DNA of 64,000 nucleotides from Raillietiella orientalis (Eukaryota): NCBI GenBank assembly GCA_036172245.1, contig JAYWIR010000030.1, positions 868,001 to 932,000 of the forward strand, read 5' to 3'. Shown piece by piece: positions 55,929 to 64,000 of this stretch (position 1 is its first letter; each line of letters starts with the position of its first letter). The notes under the pieces were generated by a model. It saw only the letters and a program-made list of their open reading frames with translations, ran no database searches and was not told where the DNA came from. The position numbers and the translations under genes were made by a program.

Positions 55929-58900
55929 TCATCCTAATAGCGATAACAGTTCACTGAAAAATCCACTTCCTGTAGTGGTTGGTCGAAAACCATCATTCCT
56001 CTCTCTGACTCTGTAACTGCAGCAGGCGAACTCCGAGTATGGTGAGAAGGAGTTGCGTAGTCCTTCGCAGTGGCCGTCGTCTTCGTCGAGCACGAAGTTA
56101 CCGTCCACTTCACAGTCATATCCCAGGATGCAGTAGCCGCTGCCGTTTCCGCACGTGGACACTCCTTGGATCACAAACACATCTGCAATAGGAAACCCAC
56201 TGCAAGAAGCACATTGCCAGATGGAACACCACCGAGAGGACGCCTTTCTGCATGCAGTGGGGGAAAAGAAAAAAACGCTTTCGCAAACGGATGACTTCTA
56301 GTGGAGTTCCGTTTTACATTTTCCGACTTTCGGAATTTAAGTTTCCGTATTTTTCGAAATTTGATAGGGAGAGTTCGGTTTTGCAAAACCGCTGGTTAAG
56401 CGAGTTTGACGTGCACAGGCGCCAATGTGGTGCGTTTCACGAATAATATATACACCGCCCCCACCCCAACCTCCCCCACCATTTGCCACGAAAATACGAA
56501 ATTTCAGAAAAAAAAAGTTGGAGCAGTGGTCATTTGAATGCGTGTTTAACTTACATTTGCAAATCAAAATTGCAATGACGTGTGACGGCCTTATTAACTT
56601 TTTATCGAAACGCTTCTGAAGTGGCGTGAGGTGTGCCTGACAAACCGGAATTTCCTCTTTTCCTTTTTTACATCCTGGGTTTCCCATTTCCCTCGGCAGG
56701 TCGGGTGCTCCACAGATCCTTTCGCCTTTTCATCTTACAGAGTTGATCTTTTCCCTGAACATCGGGTATTCTCCGATAATTGCAGCACGCACGCCGGCGA
56801 GAAGGAGGCTAAAGAAGTATTAGCACGGGAAAATATTTTTCCATCTTTCAGACGCTGTGTGCTTGAAATATTCATATTTATTATTTGGAAAAATTAAATC
56901 CATCCAATTTTTCGCTCTAACGAATGCAACAGATCATTGAGGAATCTTCGATTCAAGAAACGGAGACAGCTGGTCGACCAAGTGGAACTGCCGAGCCCGC
57001 GCGTCTCGTCAGAAAAAAAAAAAAAAAGATTTTCCCAATTTTATACCATCCACGTCATCGAAAACTCGTGCACCGCGAAGGTGTATCGTGTGGTGTTCAA
57101 AGAATGGCATTCGCAAGGAAACACGATGTTGGCGCCTCGCCTGCGAGATGTCACTTTGGGTCGTGTCTTGCTTTGAAAAACATCCTGCTGCAAAATCAGC
57201 TTGAATTTCTTATGAGTCTTTTTTTTCTTCTTTTCTTATGTACGAATTTTCTTATTTTCTGTACAATTACGAAATTTTTGTGAATAATTTCTTTTTTCCA
57301 TTGAAATTTACAGTAGGTGCATTTGCTGTGCGTTTGACGTGTCTATGCGTTATCGGCAGTTTTTAATACGCACCCAGAAGTAGATTTTTTTTTTAAAAAA
57401 AAAAAAAAATTACTCGATTAACAGGATAAAGAAAGATGCAAAAATTCTGTCCGGGAACGGAACAGCTGAAAAATTTCGAATCAGCATAGAGGACAGATTT
57501 CTCGCCAAAAGAAGGGGGGGGGGGGAGGATCCGAGTTAGCCAAAGGCATTTCTCACCATGCATGCAGCACATCCAAGCATGCATAAGAGAATTACATAAA
57601 ATACATAAAAAGTGCCGCGGTTTTGTTTTGGACAGGCGAAAGTCGGTTTCGAGTAAACGGGACACCTGTGGCAGTGGTCTCCAGGGAGAGTTCTGAAGGT
57701 GCGTTCTCCCAGGACACAGGCGGCTTGGAAGGGATGTTTCTTTCCCAGAGAGTGCTTCCGCCGCAGGGGACCAAATGGCTCAGGTTGCCTTGGGTGCAGG
57801 AGCCCACGACTCGATCACCTTCCCTTATCTAAGTGTCTGCTGCACCTTTTATCGTGGGACGGACCGCGAGGAACTTGATCATGGAACAGCTGCTGCATGC
57901 AAACTACGAGCGTGTTCATTCAAATCTTTATGCTTTTAACGAAGCACCTGAGCACCGAAGAGATCTGAGAACTCGGCAGGATTACCAGACTGTGCAACGA
58001 ATGGTTTAATCCTCGCAACATCGGCACACAGGTCGAATTAGTGTCCTCGAACACATCGTGTGAACAAAATTGTTCGGTAAAGTGGGAGAGCAAAATCAAA
58101 AAGAAGAAGAAGCTTATTCTAGAGACAGGGAGACCCAAGCTGACTCCCTTTCATATGTGATTCTGGAGTTATGTCCGTTTGGGCTGCACTGAAAGAACTG
58201 ATGCTTTTCTGTTCAGCAGCAGCGACGAAGCAAGCGGGAATCGATGTGTGCAACTCAAGACGAACCAAGAAACGAGCTAAGGAAACGCCATCACATGGAG
58301 CAACAGCGGCATTTTTCCTCCCTTCCGGACGACCATCATTCTTCGTGGGGCGCGCATCCCAACGTGTTGCATTCGAAGCGCTTCCGAACCGACGTAACAT
58401 TTTGGAGGTGCCCCGTGTTCGATCACCGCATTTCCCCTCGGCTCGTCAGGCGATATCCCTGGTCGTGCTGCCCTTCTCACAGGAGCAGTCAGGGATTCAC
58501 AGAGATGCTGCTGCTGCTGTTTTTCTTTTTCCTTTTTTGAGTGCTGTGGTCCAGATCGGTTCCGGATGAATTTCTGGTCGCCACCGTTTTTCAGTTCCTT
58601 CGTGAAAGGAAGAAAAGGAAAGCACCTTTTGATTTCGCCTTTCCGCCTTTTCCATCGAAACCTCGACGACGATGATATGGCACGAAATCAATCTGATGAT
58701 TCCGTACGGGCGATATCATCCCGGTGTCCACCGTTACGTACGGACTCGAGGGATGCGGACGAAAGTGGAGCATTTGGCGGATCCTCCACACGGTCTCGAC
58801 TTGCACGAAAACGCTCTCAAAGAGCCCAGGCCTCCGCCGCTTGGGATTATTCTGGAAAAAGTGGAAGGTTCAAGGATTCCCGTAGTCTTGGGCCGTCTTT

Positions 58901-61900
58901 TTCATTCATCCGGAGTGTGGGTGGGTAGGCATCCGTGGGTGCCCGCGAGGAGCACGGAGTTCCCTAGGAGTTGCTGGACCGCTCGTTTCCCGGAAAGGGG
59001 AGACTGCACTTCAGGGGTATCCATGTCCGCCGATCGGTAGCGGCGTCCACCTTCAGCTTCCCCGTTCACCTGGTGCTTAATCTCCTCAGCTTCCTCTTCG
59101 TTTCAGCTCCACGCTCTGCTCGGAACCTGGAGCAGAAACGGGAGCGCTTCGTTCCGAGTTTCCTCCCCACGGCTTCTTCCGCCTCCTTCCCTACTCTGGA
59201 ATTCCGGTCGCAGACTCGGGCGCTCCCCTCGTATTGGCTCTCGGTGCACCTGCGCACGGAGTGCCACCTGCCGCCAACACGTTCCGTTTCATCTCAGCCG
59301 GAAAGACCAAGAAGCGGATGGATGCACAAAAGGTTCACTCTGGATGTTGCTCCAGCGCTCCGTCCCTACCAGGTGGGGGCGGGATTGCTGTCAGGGGACG
59401 CTGAGGTCTCGCGAGAATCTCCCTGTCTGTTCAGATCGCTCGGACACGCGGCCAGAAGCCCCCCCCCCCGCGCGGGTGCTTCGAGAGACACGGTTTCCGC
59501 CGAGCCTTCCTTGACGAGGGTCGAGGAGGGGGGAGGAGGTCCTCGGCATGGAACAGTTTTTCCGGCTCATGGCTGATTCAACGTCATCTCTTGGCGCCTC
59601 CTGCCGCTTTCAGCCCTAGCTGCTTTCCCGCGCCGGCGACATCGCCATCTCTGGCGGGCCGAGGAGTCGGGTTGGGCGCGGGGGACATTTTCTCTCTCGA
59701 CTGCATCTCCGGATACAGGGTCAAGGTCAAGGTCCTCCAGTCGGTAATGGACTCTCGGATGAGACCCGAAAGATTCCCGTCTCGCGCTCCTGCCGTCTCC
59801 CCGACACCCTCCTCGCCTTTTTCCCCCTGGAGCTTCCTGGAGGAAATGGGCTTCGAAGAACGCTTGGGAGAACCCAAAGTGAGGCTCTTCTTGCTTCACC
59901 CGGAAAGTCAGCTGACTCGATGACCTTCCCGGACCCATCTCTTCTTAACAGAGATCACGGAACTGTCGCCTGGTCACCGGAGACGCGCGCGGAACCGCGA
60001 TACTGCCCGTCTGTCCGCTCCTCACTCCCCTCCCCTTCCCACGACTCCGCTTCCCCTGAAACCCTAGAGGAATTCTCCCCCGAAGAGATCCTTCCCGCCA
60101 GCTTTCGCCAAGTTTCTTCGCCTCTCCAGAGAAGGTTAAGCGTCCGGCGCAGATTGGTCGCACGTCTCTCTCTGACGCGGACGGGTTCCCGACGCCCGTT
60201 GCCGAACAAGAGATCCCCCACGCCATCTTCCGCAGTTTTGCCAGGGTCTGCCTGGTGGCTGCTTCCTCTTCCTACGCCACCCCGGCAACACTAGGGGGAG
60301 GCAGCACGAAAACACGACGATCGCTTCTCTCCTCCTCCTCCTCGAACGCGCCGGTTCTCTTCCCGAGGGAGAGAACAGGATGATCCGAAACGTCCTCGAT
60401 GGCGACTGGATGAGGCTAGAGGTCAGCTTAAAAATGGGAGCGCAGGGGACAGGGGAGCGGTTTGAAGTTCGCCAGAGGGGCCGCGAGCTTTCGGTCCTAC
60501 CCTCCGCAGAGTGTGAGACGCAGCGGGGATCGAGCGAAAGCTCTCTCAATCTCTGCTCGCGCAGCTCGCGTGCTGACCTCTCAGCCAGCGGAACCCTCCT
60601 CGCACCGCGAGCTCATGGACGCCAACTCTCGTCCGGCGCGCCACGAACGGAACAAGTCCGCTTTCGGGAGCGACTGCCCAGGAGGGGCACCGGGGGAATC
60701 GATCGCGCGAGCGGCTCGGATTCCGGGGCAGCAGCATCCGAGGGGCGCCTCCCGCGCTCTCTCTCGTCCGGGCGGACGCGTCCTTTCCTCAAGCGAACGT
60801 GGTGGATTCGACCGAGGTTACCGGCGGTCGGAAGAACGTGTGTCACTGATCTCGGGCGGGAGAGCGCTTCCAGCTTCCGAAACCGTTTCTCCGCTCCTTC
60901 GGGCTGGGGTCAGCTGCTTGCCAGGGAAAAGGAAAAAAAAAAAAAAAAAATCTGCTTGTTTACGCGAACTGCTTCGCATGCACAGCCAGACGCGGGGAAG
61001 CCCTCGCACGCGTGTGTGGACATCCTGAAGTCCAAAACCCGCAACCAGCCATTCTTCGGCTGCTGCAGCTGCTACACGGAATCTCGTCAGGATGCGCTGC
61101 TCGTCTCCGATAAACGGGAGGACTCTGATGGAGAGAATCCCCAGCCTCTTTCTTTCATTCCTCTTTTTTTTTTGGTTGTCCGAGAGCTAAAGAACCGCTC
61201 GCCTTCTCATTAAGGTGAGCCCACAGAGCTCTTTAGCACTGTCCCCACTCCACCTGAGGACGCGCGTAACTCCTCAGGTTAGGGGGAAAACCCGTGGGAA
61301 CGGTCCTATGAGTCCAGCAAGGCTGCGGAGGAAGGAACCCGTTTCTCCTACGCTTGGCAGGGGGACCCCACAAGGGAATCGCTCCTAGTTTCCTCCTCCT
61401 CTGAAGAGAATCCCGAAGGGACGCTTCCGAATTTTCTCTGAAGGAGAGGTACTGCACCAGCTCCATGGTACGACACGGAGGATCTTTCCCGAAGGGAGGG
61501 ATCCGCTCCTTTGCACAATCGGAGGGGGACTCCAACTCCTTGATTCCTGGAAGGATCCGGAGGTCGATTCCCAATCCCGGCCACCCATCGGGGTCATCCA
61601 ATTCGAACCGCTACCGGCGCCGCACCTGAATAGAGGCCAACCAGCGTCATCTCGCAGGAGGAACTCGAACCCACGACGCACCCCCCATCTTTCGGCGTCG
61701 ATTCTTTCCGAGCATTCGAGCCCCGGACGCTTGGTGGTGCCACGCGCGGAGACTGCAGCGACGCGGCCGCCAACGCGGGTCCAGGGGATGGAGAGGGTCT
61801 CCACAGAAGGGATCCCAAGCAGAAGCTGAATCTTCAGCGGCGAGGAATCCGGCTACGCTGGCGTTGCGTCACCACAGGTGAACGGGTGAGAGGCGAGCGC

Positions 61901-63139
61901 GGAGCGCACGCTCGCGGCAAACGACGGACGAAGATCTGATCAGCCTGCGTAACCTGGTTCCGTGCGTGGGATCAACGGCATCTTTTCCCTCCGATTCGTT
62001 AACCCCGCGTGTCTTCCATCCAGCCCCCAAGATGCATGCCGTGGGGAAGGAAAGACCAGAAGCAGGGACGCGGGTATAGCAAAAGACTCTTCGTCAAAAG
62101 GGTGTCTCCTGCTCCGAGATGTTTGGAGACGCGGAGAAGGAAAGATGGAATTGGAACGGGACGCCCTTGTTCGGTTCCTCAGGAGGGTTACACCGCTTTC
62201 CCTCGTTCAAACTGCTTGTGTCCCAGGTCTGAAGCCAGTCCTCCGGTCTGCCAATGCGTGGAAGGGTGCTCAGCTCTGGTGCCTTCCTCCCCTCCCCCTC
62301 TCCCCTTCTCCATGAGCCTGAAGATAACGGTGCTTTTATGCAAAAAAGAGGACGGGGTGCAGGCGAACGGATGCTTGCGATCCGCAAAAACGAAATTTTC
62401 TCGTAGGCGGGGCATTCTCAAGAGAAAGGGTTGCAGGGTGCTCCTCCCGTCGCAGGTGCGGTGCCAGATGCAACAGCTTTTTGCCTTCGTGATGGTCGCT
62501 CGCGCGGCGTTCGCTGCAGGTTACTGGAAAGACGAACGGCGGCGGCGGAGGAAGAAACGAAAACGAAATCCCGCTTAACGGGAAAATCCGAAGCACACTG
62601 ACCCCATAGCACTCCGAAATGCCTGCCTCCGCGTTGACCTGTTCTGGAATTTTCATGCATCTCTGGTTCGAGCCCGAGCCGTCCTAGCATTTTCATTCGC
62701 GCTTGCGCTCCCCGCCACCACGATGGCGTCCGCATACGTAGTGCTGCTTGCTGACAGCGAATTTGGAACGACCTCCTGCAGAAGAAGATCATTCTGGGAG
62801 TTTCGAACCGAGGACGGCAATGCAGCACATCCGCGACGTTGTCCCGAGGAACAGAAGGAATGCCGTTCAGGATTCAGCAGCCTCAGCGGATGCTTGACCT
62901 CCAAGCGAACTCGTGCAATGCGTATGCATTAAATCGTAACAACAACAAAAAAAAAAAGAAAGAAAGAAGGAAAGAAAAGAAAAATCGAGACGCTCTGCTA
63001 GTTCTAAGCGAATAAGCAACTGTTCTTTTTCAAAGGGACATTCAAGGACATTCAGGGGAGTTTACCGTTAGTTTCCTCAGCCACATTCCGATTTTCTGAA
63101 ACCTACGAGGGATCGCAAGGAAGGAGGAACCATGCAGGT

Positions 63140-63170
<31 letters not shown>

Positions 63171-63380
63171 CGTGTTTACACTGAATGAATCGTCGCAACC
63201 GGTACACGGATGTGGAAGATTTCGGTTGGACAGAGCGTTTGGCAACGGACATCCGAAAAATCTTGTCAACGCTGGCGCACTCAGTCACACAATTCTGCTC
63301 TCACCTGAGTTGAACACCGGCCTGCCGAGGATCCTGAGTATGAAGGAAAGAGAAATCCAGAAGACGAACTGGTTTGCCAT
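55929..63380 (-). CDS. Small secreted Cys-rich (clip-domain-like) protein, ~109 aa, two coding exons
   Basis: Exon 63380-63305 (MANQFVFWISLSFILRILGRPVFNS, signal-like, phase-1 GTGAGA donor) joins in phase to exon 56182-55929 (DVFVIQGVSTCGNGSGYCILGYDCEVDGNFVLDEDDGHCEGLRNSFSPYSEFACC...*). The Cys exon is more certain than the pairing. Confidence 0.6.
63140..63167. repeat. (CA)n microsatellite
   Basis: Direct reading. Confidence 0.95.
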
Positions 63381-64000
63381 CTCCGGCCCCCGTGTTTCGG
63401 CTTGACGTGTAAGATCTCTCAGCTGGTGAACTTCTCACCTGCTGGAAGCCACCGAAGATGATTTCCGCTGTCCTCTCATCATTTGGATGACTTGTTCTCC
63501 TTTCGGGTGTGTCTGCCGAGGCAACTGGACTTCCAGCGCGCCACGGCGGTGGGGCGGGTCGAACTTTCTGTCGCACTCTGTCAGGTGCCCACTTCCTGGG
63601 TCAGAATCAGGCTTCCTATTTTGAGAACGTTGCACATGTTTCGAGAACGGGAAGAGTTTCGTCGGCGTACGCGAGGGACGTATGGTTTGATTTCGAATTT
63701 CTTCTGGTGATCGCCGTCGACGAGGCGTTTGTTCAAAGCGGAAACGAAAAGGCCGAAACGGACTGCCGAGTTCCCGTTCCTTTTGCAGCCTGCCGCCGTA
63801 TCCCTCTGAGCACAGATCGCGGAGTGCCGAACATTTCACGACATGGGGAAAAGAAATCGAACCGCACCGCTTGGCAGTTTTTTTTCTCTTTCTTTCTTTT
63901 GCTCGTTCTGGAGAGACTTTCAGTCCACGGACTCGCAAGGAGTGTTTCAATGATGGAAAGTGACCACCTGAAAGGCGAGGGGAAATGGATGCTTAGGGAA

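Noticed and set aside
58500..62900. GC-rich ORFs within the large intron of the clip-like gene
   Set aside because: No recognisable domains; additional exons cannot be excluded but are unsupported.

Overview
Eukaryotic, almost certainly arthropod, genomic DNA; no prokaryotic operons, CRISPR arrays, rRNA or tRNA were recognised. The window is a compositional mosaic. GC/CpG-rich blocks (~1-25.6 kb and ~57-64 kb) carry large-intron genes for secreted proteins: a peritrophin-A/CBM14 (CPAP1-type) gene on the minus strand running off the left edge, and a small secreted clip-like Cys6 peptide gene. Neither is apparent as a full gene in the ORF track. An AT-rich block (~26-56 kb) carries compact housekeeping genes with many 40-47 nt introns: lipin (+), TSR2 (+), ariadne-2/ARIH2 (-) and RNF113A/Cwc24 (-), plus a decayed 5'-truncated L1/Tx1-like LINE. 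Notable oddities are a 232-bp near-perfect inverted repeat (14421-15232), convergent TSR2/ARIH2 stop codons only 26 nt apart, a ~250-bp direct duplication flanking an (AT)n array, two orphan spliced gene candidates, and a C-depleted tract with possible DIRS-like RT remnants. I cannot confidently identify a new biological system; the hairpin locus and the stand-alone clip-like peptide are the best leads. All gene models are hand-spliced and unverified by search.
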